DNA from: an uncultured delta proteobacterium
Lineage (GTDB): Bacteria; Myxococcota_A; Polyangia; Polyangiales; Polyangiaceae
Reading direction: 5' to 3'
Assembly: GCA_963806225.1 (NCBI GenBank)
Contig: CAWDXG010000004.1
Span: 3,520,001 to 3,584,000 of the forward strand
DNA: 64,000 bases
The notes beneath the pieces are model-generated. The model did not search any database and was not told the origin of the DNA. It saw only the letters and a list, made by a program, of their open reading frames with translations. A program made the translations under genes and the position numbers. Position 1 is the first letter of the stretch. The number at the start of each line of letters is the position of its first letter. This document shows positions 19,539 to 28,803 of this stretch, one piece after another.

Positions 19539-19727
19539 ATGAAGGATGCTACGGCGAGCGACAACGCGGAACAGTTGCAGGCTCGACACCGCGAACTGGC
19601 TGAAGAAGTCAGACAGCTGGAGAAGCGAGCCTACCTGACGCCGGAAGAGCAACGCCACATCACAGAGCTCAAGAAACAGAAGCTCGCTGCGAAGGATCAG
19701 CTGTTCGGGCTCAAGCCCGACGAATAG
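19539..19727 (+). CDS. YdcH/DUF465 family small coiled-coil protein
   Basis: LQARHRELAEEVRQLEKRAYLTPEEQRHITELKKQKLAAKDQL; strong SD AGGAGGT. Confidence 0.88.
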   Translation: MKDATASDNAEQLQARHRELAEEVRQLEKRAYLTPEEQRHITELKKQKLAAKDQLFGLKPDE

Positions 19728-19744
19728 AAGCACCGCGACCGGAC

Positions 19745-19770
19745 GCCGTCGTCGAAGCGTCGACGGCGGC
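19745..19770. terminator. Hairpin between convergent genes
   Basis: GCCGTCGTCGA-AGCG-TCGACGGCGGC. Confidence 0.5.
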
Positions 19771-19788
19771 GACGGCCCCCGCTTCACA

Positions 19789-20298
19789 TCACATCGGCAC
19801 GCACTGGTTCGACTGGCACTGCTGCCCGTCGGGACAGTCGGCATTCGTCTGGCAGCCGGACGCGCTGCCCGGGGCTGCTGCGCCGCCGTCGCCGGGCTGC
19901 TTGGTGGTCTCGGTCGCCGTGGAGCGGCTGTTCGACAGGTCGTCGGCGCCGCCGTACACGTCCTTGTTGAGATCCTTGAGCGCCTTCTCCAGGCGATCCT
20001 TCCACTGCTGGCTCAGGCCGCCCGGATGCTCCTGTTCGGTCGCCTTTGCGATGGCGAGCCAATGCCGCGCATCGGGACGGAATCCGAGCCGGTAGTCCGT
20101 CATGCCCCTGAGGTACGCATAGCGCGCCTGATCCATGAACTCGAGCGAGTCCGTGTCGGGCTCGAGCTCCCGCCAGATGGCGAGGGCGTGCTCGTACTCG
20201 TTCTCCTCGTAGAGTCGTTGGCCGCGGTTCAGATCCTCGCGATAGGTCGCACAACCAACGACGCAGACGGCCAGGAGCAGGAAGGCGGCGATGCGCAT
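19789..20298 (-). CDS. TPR-like lipoprotein with a C-terminal Cys-rich repeat
   Basis: Lipobox VVGC; RGQRLYEENEYEHAL...ARYAYLRGMT; tail CQTNADCPDGQQCQSNQCVP. Confidence 0.85.
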   Translation of the reverse strand: MRIAAFLLLAVCVVGCATYREDLNRGQRLYEENEYEHALAIWRELEPDTDSLEFMDQARYAYLRGMTDYRLGFRPDARHWLAIAKATEQEHPGGLSQQWKDRLEKALKDLNKDVYGGADDLSNSRSTATETTKQPGDGGAAAPGSASGCQTNADCPDGQQCQSNQCVPM

Positions 20299-20382
20299 GA
20301 CCCGGCGAGCCTATCCCCAGCGCCCGCCGGGAATCAAGCCGGGTGCGGACCCGCGCGCGGCGGCCGACCGCCCTGGTCGCCC

Positions 20383-21015
20383 TCAGCCCACGCGCCGGTA
20401 GCGCAACCTCAGCACCGGAAGGCCATCCGCGATGGCCCGCCGCTCGCGCGGGCTGCGTGCGCCGTACGGGTTGTCCTCGACCCGCGCCGTCGTCGACCAG
20501 GGGGCAAGCCGCAGCTCGGCCGCGACGACCGATTCGAATTGCTCGGCGCGATCGAAGACATCGGTCTGGACGAACAGCTCGCCGCCGGGCGCGAGCGCCC
20601 CGGCCACACCCGAAAGGAGCTCCGCCGTCAGCACCCGCCGCTTGGCGTGGCGCTTCTTCCACCACGGGTCGGGGAAGTGGATGTACACGACGGACAGCGT
20701 TCCCGGCACGAGCCGCGGCAGCACCTCGCGGGCGTCCGCGGCAAAGACCCGCCCCCGGTCGGCGAGGCCGCGTTTTTCCAGCCGCCCGTCCACGATGCTG
20801 GCCCACTTGCGGCGGATCTCGAGACCGACCGCGCGCGCTCCGGGGTCGGCCTCCAGGCGCTCGACGAGGAACCAGCCGCGCCCGGGACCAATCTCCAGCT
20901 CGACGGGCCGGCTCCCCGCGCCGACCAGTGTGCGGAGGTCGAGCGGCTCGTCGTCCGGCAGGCGCGGTGCATCCGCGTAGGGGCGTGTCCCGGACGAGTT
21001 TGAGGTGTCAGCCAT
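20383..21015 (-). CDS. trmB: tRNA (guanine-N7)-methyltransferase
   Basis: ELEIGPGRG, GLEIR, IHFPDPWWKKRHAKRR, QTD; ATG at 21015. Confidence 0.93.
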   Translation of the reverse strand: MADTSNSSGTRPYADAPRLPDDEPLDLRTLVGAGSRPVELEIGPGRGWFLVERLEADPGARAVGLEIRRKWASIVDGRLEKRGLADRGRVFAADAREVLPRLVPGTLSVVYIHFPDPWWKKRHAKRRVLTAELLSGVAGALAPGGELFVQTDVFDRAEQFESVVAAELRLAPWSTTARVEDNPYGARSPRERRAIADGLPVLRLRYRRVG

Positions 21016-21040
21016 GGCAGCGGTGATATAGCAGCGCGCG

Positions 21041-23053
21041 GTGCCAGCGTTGCCGGAGAAGCTGTGGAAGCCCTTGCGCCGCCACGCGCCCCTCGTGACC
21101 GCCACCGCGCTGGTCGCGGGCGTGGCGACAACGGCCATCCTGCGCAAAACGCACGGCGTGCCGGCGGTGCCGCTCGACGACGCCTTCATCCACTTCCAGT
21201 ACGCGCGCGCCTTCGCCCGGCTCCACCCGTTCGAATACACGCCCGGAGCCGCGCCCACCCCCGGCGCAACCAGCCTGCTCTGGCCGCTGCTCCTCGCTCC
21301 CTTCTATGCGATCGGTTTCAAGGGCGTGTGGCTGATCCCGATCGCCTGGCTGTTCGGCTTCGTCTCGCTCGGACTGCTCGCCTACGAGACGTGGCGCATC
21401 TCCCAGCGGCTGCTCGCCCACACCACCGCGATCGCCGCGTCCGCGATGGTGCTGGCCTTCGGCGGCTACATCTGGTGCGCGGCCAGCGGCATGGAGGTCG
21501 TGCCGTTCGCGTGGCTTCTGATGCGAAGCGCACGCCGCGCAGCCGAGTGGGGAGAAGCGAGCGGGGTCGCCACGCGCCGTGAGCGGCTCGAGCTCGTCGC
21601 GCTCGCTTTGCTCACGCCCCTGATGCGTCCGGAAGGCGCCGTCGCATCCCTGTTGATCGCCGTTGCCCTGTTCGCGTTTCCGCGCGGCCGCGCGCGCACC
21701 CGCGCCTGGGCGGCCCTGCCGCTGTGCGGGCCGCTGATCATGCCGCTGATCGAGCTGGCTGCCACCGGGCACTTCGGCAGTACGACCGCACAGGTCAAGT
21801 GGCTGCCACTCAATCCGTACTACGGCAACGGGCGCTTCACCGAGCAGGTGCTCGAAAACCTCCGCGTGCTCTTCAACACGCTATTGGACGGCAGGATCTG
21901 GAGCGCTGTCTACGTGCCGCAGGGTTCGCGCTGGGTGACGTGGCTTGCCCTGCCCGCGCTCGCGCTGATGGCGGCAAGGCGACGCACCCCCTGGCGGGGT
22001 CTCTGCGTCGGCGTCGTCGCGCTCGGCATGCTGCTGCCCACCACCTACGATAGTTTCCTGTGGAACCGGCTGCGCTACCTCTGGCCGTTCGCGGCGGCCT
22101 GGTTCGTGGCGCTCGGCGCGCTCGCCGACGCCGCCGGCGCGCTCGCGGCCCGGCTCTCGTCCGGCCTCGGTTGGGTGCGCATTCTGGTGGCCGGCGCGTT
22201 CTTGGGCGGCCTGGTCAGCCACGTCTCGTGGACGCTCGAGGATCTAGCCACGAGCTCCGACGCGATCCGCCGCCAGCAGGCCTCGCTGGGCCACTGGGCG
22301 CACGACGCACTGCCCCCGGACGCGCGCCTGGGCGTCAACGACACCGGAGCTATCGCGTACTTCTCCGACCGGCGCGTGTTCGACATCTGCGGGCTGACCA
22401 CGCGCGGTGAAGCGCGCTACTGGGTCGCCGGAACGGGCTCCCGCTTCGAGCACTACGAGCACATGAAGCGGAGCGAACTGCCCACGCATTTCATCGTGTA
22501 CCCGGAGTGGATGGGTCTGCCGTGGCTGCTCGGCAGACAGCTCACCGAACGCACGGTGCACGGCGCGACCATCCTTGGCGGCACCACCATGTACGCACAC
22601 GTAGCGGACTACAGCGCGCTCGGCTCCGGCGATCGCCCGCTGTCGAAGGAAGCCGCGGGGAAGAAGACCGTCGACGTGCTCAACGTCGCCGATCTCGAGA
22701 GCGAGGCGTCGCACGACTACCGGCTGTACTGGGCGGAGCAGGTCGACAACGTCCCGGTCGGCACGCTGGACGGCCGCGTCGACGGCGCGCGCAAGCGGCG
22801 GTCGCTCGACACCTTCACGCTGAAGCTGTCGCCCGGCGGTGTGCTGATCGGCCGCTTCGGTGCGGCCCGGCCCATGAAGCTCCGGGTCCGCATCGACGGC
22901 CACGACGCCGGGACGTTCGAGCTCGAGGGCTACGACTGGGAAGAGCCCTCGCTCGGGCTGCGCCGCGACCTGCAGGCGGGGCCCCATCGCATCGATATCT
23001 CGGCGCCCTCGAAGCGCGCCTTCGCGTCGATGCACTACTGGTCGCTGCGCTGA
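21041..23053 (+). CDS. Polytopic membrane protein, GT-C-type glycosyltransferase-like
   Basis: First loop LDDAFIHFQYARAF...GATSLLWPLLL, SGME, RYLWP, DTGAIAYFSDRRVFDICGL; about 10-12 TM segments plus a soluble C-terminal domain. Confidence 0.75.
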   Translation: MPALPEKLWKPLRRHAPLVTATALVAGVATTAILRKTHGVPAVPLDDAFIHFQYARAFARLHPFEYTPGAAPTPGATSLLWPLLLAPFYAIGFKGVWLIPIAWLFGFVSLGLLAYETWRISQRLLAHTTAIAASAMVLAFGGYIWCAASGMEVVPFAWLLMRSARRAAEWGEASGVATRRERLELVALALLTPLMRPEGAVASLLIAVALFAFPRGRARTRAWAALPLCGPLIMPLIELAATGHFGSTTAQVKWLPLNPYYGNGRFTEQVLENLRVLFNTLLDGRIWSAVYVPQGSRWVTWLALPALALMAARRRTPWRGLCVGVVALGMLLPTTYDSFLWNRLRYLWPFAAAWFVALGALADAAGALAARLSSGLGWVRILVAGAFLGGLVSHVSWTLEDLATSSDAIRRQQASLGHWAHDALPPDARLGVNDTGAIAYFSDRRVFDICGLTTRGEARYWVAGTGSRFEHYEHMKRSELPTHFIVYPEWMGLPWLLGRQLTERTVHGATILGGTTMYAHVADYSALGSGDRPLSKEAAGKKTVDVLNVADLESEASHDYRLYWAEQVDNVPVGTLDGRVDGARKRRSLDTFTLKLSPGGVLIGRFGAARPMKLRVRIDGHDAGTFELEGYDWEEPSLGLRRDLQAGPHRIDISAPSKRAFASMHYWSLR

Positions 23054-23094
23054 GCCGCGCCGGGACCGCCGCGCCGGAAAAGGCTGCCCCCTTC

Positions 23095-23123
23095 TTGACA
23101 GTCATTACTGTCATAGTTATAGA
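23095..23123 (+). promoter_or_regulatory. sigma70 promoter overlapped by a palindromic operator
   Basis: TTGACA-N17-TATAGA; perfect inverted repeat TGACAGT-CATT-ACTGTCA at 23096-23113. Confidence 0.6.
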
Positions 23124-23130
23124 TGACTCA

Positions 23131-23307
23131 ATGAACGCTGTGATTCATGGCCCCCGACGGGGGCCCAGGACGCCCGATCCGTACGACTGCGGGGCGCGCC
23201 CGAGCCAGCGCCCCGAGGACTATCCCGCCTGGCGCGAAGGTCTGCTGATCGGCGCGGCGCTGCTTGCGCTGGCGCTGCTCCAGTACTGGCACCTCGCGTT
23301 TCCGTGA
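23131..23307 (+). CDS. Putative small membrane protein (58 aa), probably leaderless
   Basis: MNAVIHG...WREGLLIGAALLALALLQYWHLAFP; ATG 7 nt after the -10 box; one C-terminal TM helix. Confidence 0.5.
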   Translation: MNAVIHGPRRGPRTPDPYDCGARPSQRPEDYPAWREGLLIGAALLALALLQYWHLAFP

Positions 23308-23378
23308 TGTAGCAGATTGCTACGCCAACGTGTCATTTTGACACGGCCACGTATCGGCAGGCGTGGCAATCTGCTACA
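23308..23378. repeat. 71-nt element bounded by 19-bp inverted repeats with internal hairpins
   Basis: TGTAGCAGATTGCTACGCC (23308-23326) and GGCGTGGCAATCTGCTACA (23360-23378), 18/19 match; inner CGTGTCA-TTT-TGACACG. Confidence 0.8.
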
Positions 23379-23475
23379 ATGCGCAGCGCCTGCGCCCGGG
23401 AAAAGACGCAGACGGCCGGTAGCACACGTTTCCAAAGTGGTGGCACGCGCTGCGGCACGTGGCTAGGTTCGCGAG

Positions 23476-24264
23476 GTGCACCTGGCCGACGGCATCGTGA
23501 CCAACGCGCCGCTGCTCGTAGGGCTGGACCTCGTGGGGGCGGCGGGCGTGAGCGTGGCTCTGAGCCGCTCGGTCGCACGGGACTCGCGCCGCATCGCCTG
23601 GACCGGAACGCTGGCGGCCTTCGTGCTCGCCGCGCAGGCGATCAACGTGCCGATGGTGCCAGGGGCGAGCGCGCACGTGATCGGTGCCGGGTTGCTCGCG
23701 CTCGCGCTCGGTCCAGCGGAAGCCATCGTCGCGATGACCGCGGTGCTGCTGGTGCAGGCGCTCATGTTCGGCGACGGCGGGATCACGACTCTAGGGCTGA
23801 ACGTGCTGGACATGGCGGTGCTACCGGTGCTGGTCGTGCACGGGCTGAGGCGGGTGTTCGGCGAGACGAAGCGCGGACTGACGCTCACGGCTTTCGCCGG
23901 CACGCTGGTCGGTACCGTGGCCGGCGCGGCTGTGCTCTCGACCACGCTGGTGCTCGGCGCGGGAGCCCCTACGCGCGTGACCTTCGGCTGGATCGTCGGC
24001 GTGCAGAGCATTGCAGGGCTCATCGAAGGCGTACTCGCCGCGGTCGCAGTCCGTCATCTGGTCGGGCGCGCGCCAGGGCTGCTGTCGCGTAGTCCATCCG
24101 CACTGCTTGCGCTCGACAGCCATGCGCCACCACGCGAGTCGCGTCGCGGGCTGGTTCTGGCGATGGTCGCGATCGCGGTCGCGTTGATGCTGCTGCCGCT
24201 CGCGAGCAGCACTCCGGACGCGCTCCAGGTCGTGGTGCAGCGGCTGCATCTGGCGGTGCGATGA
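23476..24264 (+). CDS. cbiM: ECF Ni/Co transporter S component (NikM/CbiM) with a short NikN-like C-terminus
   Basis: N-terminal MHLADG; AQAINVP..PGASAHVIG; QALMFGDGGITTLGLN; C-terminal PLASSTPDAL (PDGLE-like). Confidence 0.9.
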   Translation: MHLADGIVTNAPLLVGLDLVGAAGVSVALSRSVARDSRRIAWTGTLAAFVLAAQAINVPMVPGASAHVIGAGLLALALGPAEAIVAMTAVLLVQALMFGDGGITTLGLNVLDMAVLPVLVVHGLRRVFGETKRGLTLTAFAGTLVGTVAGAAVLSTTLVLGAGAPTRVTFGWIVGVQSIAGLIEGVLAAVAVRHLVGRAPGLLSRSPSALLALDSHAPPRESRRGLVLAMVAIAVALMLLPLASSTPDALQVVVQRLHLAVR

Positions 24265-24953
24265 CGTCGTCGGCGCTCACGCCGTTGGGCAGTACCGGCA
24301 CGCCACTTTGCCGCGCGGCGTCGCCAGCAGCACGGCTTCTGGCCGGCGCGGTGCTGGTCGCCGCCATCGCCACAGCGCCGATCGGATCGCTCCCTGCACT
24401 GTCGATCTCCGCACTGGTGCTTCTGGCCACGCTGTTGGCCGCACAGCCCCGTCTCCGCCCGTTCATGCATCGCGCATTGCCCGCGGCGCTCGTGATCGCC
24501 GCGCTGGTCGTGCCGCTCGTGATCGCGGGCAGGAGCGCCCAGGCGCTCGCCATGGGCGCACGGGCCACGCTGGCGGTCGGCGTAGCGCTGGGCGTGGCCG
24601 CGAGCCTAGCGCTCGACGAACTGCCCGGCGCACTCTCCGCGCTGGGCGTTCCGGCCGCGCTCGCCGCAGTGGTGGAGACGATGCTGCGACAGCTCGGCAG
24701 CGTGCAGGACGAGGGGCGTCGCATCGTGCTGGCACGCAGGCTGCGCGGCGCGCGGGGCTTTGGCGTTGGACCGGAGGTGTTGTCGGCGCTCCTCGTGCGC
24801 ACCAGCGCGCGCGCCGAGCGTGCGGAGCTCGCCATGCGGCTCCGGGGCTACAATCCCGCGCTGGCGCGCGAGCAGGCGCGGCTCGGCCGGCGCGATCTGC
24901 CGCTCCTCGGTCTGACGATCGTGCTGGCCGTCCTGCTGCACATCGCGGCGTAG
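24261..24953 (+). CDS. cbiQ: ECF transporter T component (CbiQ/NikQ)
   Basis: Hydrophobic; ARRLRG and AMRLRGY coupling motifs; ATGA overlap with cbiM. Confidence 0.85.
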   Translation: MTSSALTPLGSTGTPLCRAASPAARLLAGAVLVAAIATAPIGSLPALSISALVLLATLLAAQPRLRPFMHRALPAALVIAALVVPLVIAGRSAQALAMGARATLAVGVALGVAASLALDELPGALSALGVPAALAAVVETMLRQLGSVQDEGRRIVLARRLRGARGFGVGPEVLSALLVRTSARAERAELAMRLRGYNPALAREQARLGRRDLPLLGLTIVLAVLLHIAA

Positions 24954-24963
24954 CGAGGCCGGC

Positions 24964-25713
24964 GTGAGCGGCCAGTCGATCCACATCGAGCGTCTGCAGG
25001 TCTGGCGCGACGACGGCAGCGGGCGACAGTGCGTGGTCGACGAGCTGTCGCTCGACATCGCTCCCGGTGAACGCGTCGCTGTCGCGGGACCGAACGGCGC
25101 CGGCAAGACGTTGCTCTTGCTGGCCATGGTCGGAGCGTTGCCCTTCTCCGGCACGATCGCCGTAGGCGGACGCGCGCTCGATTCCAGCAGCCTCGAGGCC
25201 GTACGCCGGGACGTCGGCTACGTGTTCGCCGATCCGTCGGATCAACTCTTCCTGCCGACCGTCCGCGAGGAAGTGGGCTTCGGGCCGCGCCAGCGCGGCG
25301 TGGCGGGCCAGGCGCTGGCGGCGCGCGTCGGTTCGGCGCTCGAAGCCGTCGGGCTCCGCGGCTTCGATGAACGGTCGCCGCTCGCTCTCAGCCTGGGCGA
25401 GCAGCGCCGCCTGGCCGCCGCCACGGTGCTGTCCAGCGAACCCGGCGCGCTGCTCTTCGACGAGCCGACCGCAAGCCTGGATCCGCGCGCGCGGCGCGCC
25501 ATGCTCGAGACCCTGCGCGGACTCGACGCCACGCTGCTGCTCGCTACGCACGATCTCGACGCGGTGCTGGACCTGGACGCGCGCGTGGTCCTGCTCGACG
25601 CCGGTCGCCTGATCGCCGAAGGCCCCGCCGCGGAGCTGCTCCGCGACGAGGCGCTGCTCGAGCGCGCCGGCATGGCGCTGCCGCTGGGCGTGCAGAGAGG
25701 TCCAGGGGGCTAG
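24964..25713 (+). CDS. cbiO: ECF transporter ATPase (CbiO/NikO)
   Basis: GPNGAGKT, DQLFLPTVREEVGFGP, LSLGEQRR, LLFDEPTASLDP, ATHD. Confidence 0.92.
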   Translation: MSGQSIHIERLQVWRDDGSGRQCVVDELSLDIAPGERVAVAGPNGAGKTLLLLAMVGALPFSGTIAVGGRALDSSSLEAVRRDVGYVFADPSDQLFLPTVREEVGFGPRQRGVAGQALAARVGSALEAVGLRGFDERSPLALSLGEQRRLAAATVLSSEPGALLFDEPTASLDPRARRAMLETLRGLDATLLLATHDLDAVLDLDARVVLLDAGRLIAEGPAAELLRDEALLERAGMALPLGVQRGPGG

Positions 25714-25792
25714 ACGAAGCACGGCGGACCGTCGATCGACGCGCAACGCGGAGGGCAACCCCGGACCCCTCCACGAGTGCTATACCGCGCGC

Positions 25793-26737
25793 ATGCGTCG
25801 CCGACCGCTGGGAAAGACGGGCCTGAACGTGACCGAGCTCGGGCTCGGTACGTGGGGGCTTTCCGGTGACGGCTACGGGCCGGTGCCGGAGGCGGAGCAG
25901 GACCGGGTCATCGACCGCGCGCGCGCGCTCGGGATCACGCTGTTCGAGACGGCGGACAGCTACGCGCACGGTGGCATGGAGCGCAAGCTCGGCGAGCGGC
26001 TGAAGGACGACAAGCGCGCGCGCATCGTGACCAGGATCGGAACGGATCGCGATGCCATCCCGCCGAAGAAGCGCTTCGACCCGGAGTACCTGCGTACGGC
26101 CGTGGAGCGCTCCGCCGAACGGCTCGCACGCGATGTGATCGACGTGGTGCTGCTGCATAATCCATCCGAAGTGGCGATGGAGAAACGCGAGGCGACCGCG
26201 CTCTGCACGGAGCTGAAGCAGGCCGGGAAGATCCGCGCGTGGGGCGTGAGCGCCGGCACGCTGGAAGTAGCGAGCGCTGCGGTCGATCAGGGCGCCGAGG
26301 TCCTGTCGCTCGCATACAACGCGCTCTACCAGAGCAACCTCGACGAGCTCTCGGAAGTGATCGAAGAGGCGGACGTGGGCGTGCTGGCGCACTCGGTGCT
26401 CGGCTACGGGCTTCTGTCCGGGCACTGGGCGCCGAGCAAGAGCTTCGCACTCGGCGACCACCGCGCCGAGCGCTGGACCGGGGACGAGCTCAGGCGCAGG
26501 ATCCGCCAGCTCGACGCGATCCGGCCGCTGATCGGCGGAGACGTGCTGAGCCTGCGCGGCGGCGCGCTGCGTTTCGTGCTGCACAACGAGGCGGTCAGCT
26601 CCGCGCTGCTCGGCCCGCGTAACACCATCCAGCTCGACCAGCTGGTGCGGGAGGCCGGCAAGGGCCCGCCGTACCTCGAGGACGAGAAGATGACGGCGCT
26701 GGAAAACCGGCTGCGCGACGTGGGAGTCGAGGTGTGA
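25793..26737 (+). CDS. Aldo/keto reductase
   Basis: RPLGKTGLNVTELGLGTW, FETADSY, IDVVLLHNP, GKIRAWGVS. Confidence 0.92.
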   Translation: MRRRPLGKTGLNVTELGLGTWGLSGDGYGPVPEAEQDRVIDRARALGITLFETADSYAHGGMERKLGERLKDDKRARIVTRIGTDRDAIPPKKRFDPEYLRTAVERSAERLARDVIDVVLLHNPSEVAMEKREATALCTELKQAGKIRAWGVSAGTLEVASAAVDQGAEVLSLAYNALYQSNLDELSEVIEEADVGVLAHSVLGYGLLSGHWAPSKSFALGDHRAERWTGDELRRRIRQLDAIRPLIGGDVLSLRGGALRFVLHNEAVSSALLGPRNTIQLDQLVREAGKGPPYLEDEKMTALENRLRDVGVEV

Positions 26738-27570
26738 AGAACGCGCAGGCGACACTGACAGCTCTGGTCGAGATCGCCCGCGAAGCCTCGGGGATCGTCG
26801 AGGCGGTGTACGCGGAGCCGTTCGAGGTGGACTACAAGGGCCCGAAGGACCCGGTCACCGAGGCCGACCGTCGCGCCAACACGCTCATCTGCGAGCGGCT
26901 GGAGGAGCAATTCCCGGGCGTGCCGGTGGTGGCCGAGGAGAGCGCACCCGAGGCGTTCGCCGGTTTCCGCAAGGCGGAGCGCGTGTTCTTCGTGGACCCG
27001 CTCGACGGCACGCGGGAGTTCGTGAAGCGGAACGGCGAGTTCGCCGTGATGATCGGGCTGCTCGATGGCGAGCGCGCGAGCGTCGGCGTGATCCACGCGC
27101 CGACCGAGGACATGAGCTTCGGCGGCATCGTCGGAGAGGGCGCCTGGCGCTTCCAGGCGGACGGCTCCCGCACGCCGGTCGCCGTGAGCGGGCAGGAAGT
27201 GCTGGGCGAGGCGCGGGTAGTGGCGTCGCGCTCGCACCGGACGGACACGATGGAGCGCGCGCTCCGGATCCTGGGCGCGGGCGAGATCATCACGCTGGGC
27301 AGCGCCGGGCTGAAGGGCGTGGCGGTGGCCCGCGGCGACGCCGAGGCGTACGTGGCGCCGGGCTACGCGGGCAAGCGCTGGGACGCGTGCGCGGCGGATG
27401 CGCTGGTCAGCGCGGCGGGTGGACGTTTCACCGACGCCTATGGCAAGCCCGTCGACTACCGCGGCGAGCGGTTGGCCAACGACCAGGGCGTGGTGGCGAC
27501 GAACGGCCGGCTGCACGACGCATTTCTGGGTCGGCTGGCCGCGGCGCGACAGGAACAGGGCCTGGAGTAG
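26734..27570 (+). CDS. cysQ: 3'(2'),5'-bisphosphate nucleotidase CysQ / inositol monophosphatase family
   Basis: PVTEAD, EES, VDPLDGTREF, VASRSH, GSAGLK, WDACA. Confidence 0.85.
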   Translation: MKNAQATLTALVEIAREASGIVEAVYAEPFEVDYKGPKDPVTEADRRANTLICERLEEQFPGVPVVAEESAPEAFAGFRKAERVFFVDPLDGTREFVKRNGEFAVMIGLLDGERASVGVIHAPTEDMSFGGIVGEGAWRFQADGSRTPVAVSGQEVLGEARVVASRSHRTDTMERALRILGAGEIITLGSAGLKGVAVARGDAEAYVAPGYAGKRWDACAADALVSAAGGRFTDAYGKPVDYRGERLANDQGVVATNGRLHDAFLGRLAAARQEQGLE

Positions 27571-27611
27571 AAGACCGCGCGCTCGCCGCAGCACTGATCT
27601 ACAGTCGGGCC

Positions 27612-28760
27612 ATGCGCGACTCCGCCGAGGTCGTGATCGTGGGCGCTGGCATCATGGGCCTGAGCGTCGCGTACAATCTGGCGAAGCACCACGGCGTCAG
27701 GCGCATCACGGTGGTGGATCAGTCGTACCTGTGCGGCGGCGCCAGCGGGCGCAACGGCGGCGGCGTGCGCGCCCAGTGGTCGAGTGAAGCGAACATCCGC
27801 TTGATGCAGGAGAGCCTGGAGCTCTGCCGCGACTTCGCCAAGGAGCACCACATCAACACCTGGTTCCGCCAGGGCGGCTATCTGTTCCTGGTCAGGAGCG
27901 AGGAGCGGCGCCGCGAGCTGGAAAAGAACGTCAAGCTGCAGAACGAGTGCGGCCTGATGACGCGGCTGCTCACGCCTGCCGAGGCGCAGGAGATCGTGCC
28001 GGAGCTTTCCACGGAGGGGCTCCTGGCCGCGAGCTATAACCCATACGACGCCGTGGTGTTCCCCTGGCCGTTCGTGTGGGGCTACGCGGAGGGCGCAGAG
28101 CAGCTGGGAGTGGAGGTGTGCACGTTCACGCGCGTGACCGGCATCGAGACGCGCGGGCGCGGCATCACCGCCGTGGTGACGGACAAGGGTCGCATCGAGA
28201 CCAACATCGTGGTCAACGCCGCCGGAGCGTGGAGTCCGGGCATCGCGCGGCTGGTCGGCATCGAGATGCCGAACCATCCGCACCGTCACGAGATCTGCGC
28301 CAGCGAGCCGCTGAAGCCTTGGCTCACGCCGCTGGTGGCGGATCTGACCGACGGCCTCTACTTCTCGCAGTCGACCCGCGGCGAGATCGTCGGCGGCATC
28401 GGCAACAAGAAGGTGCCCGAAGGCGAGAACCAGGACAGCTCGTACCGCTTTCTCGCGCTCTACTCGCGCGGCCTGATGCGCGCGTGCCCGATCCTCGGCG
28501 GCGTCAAGATCCTGCGCCAGTGGGCGGGCATGTACGACATCACGCCGGATCAGAACCCGATCGTGGGCGAGGTCGACGAGCTCGAGGGCTTCTTCCAGGC
28601 CAGCGGCTTCATGGGCCACGGCTTCATGATGGCACCGGTCATCGGCAAGCTGCTCGCGCAGCACATCGCCGAGGGCACGCACCTCCCGCTGTTCGAGCGC
28701 TGGAACCTGCGCCGCTTCAAGGAAGGCAAGCTGCTCGGCGAGGGCATGATCATCGGCTAG
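27612..28760 (+). CDS. FAD-dependent oxidoreductase (DAO / sarcosine oxidase beta-like)
   Basis: [52 protein letters not shown] at 27612. Confidence 0.92.
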   Translation: MRDSAEVVIVGAGIMGLSVAYNLAKHHGVRRITVVDQSYLCGGASGRNGGGVRAQWSSEANIRLMQESLELCRDFAKEHHINTWFRQGGYLFLVRSEERRRELEKNVKLQNECGLMTRLLTPAEAQEIVPELSTEGLLAASYNPYDAVVFPWPFVWGYAEGAEQLGVEVCTFTRVTGIETRGRGITAVVTDKGRIETNIVVNAAGAWSPGIARLVGIEMPNHPHRHEICASEPLKPWLTPLVADLTDGLYFSQSTRGEIVGGIGNKKVPEGENQDSSYRFLALYSRGLMRACPILGGVKILRQWAGMYDITPDQNPIVGEVDELEGFFQASGFMGHGFMMAPVIGKLLAQHIAEGTHLPLFERWNLRRFKEGKLLGEGMIIG

Positions 28761-28803
28761 CCGGCGGTTTGTCGGGCGCGCGGCAGCGCCGTACGCTTGG
28801 GCG

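Noticed and set aside
23308..23475. Cobalamin riboswitch upstream of cbiM
   Set aside because: No B12-box or GCCACTG core found in the expected arrangement.
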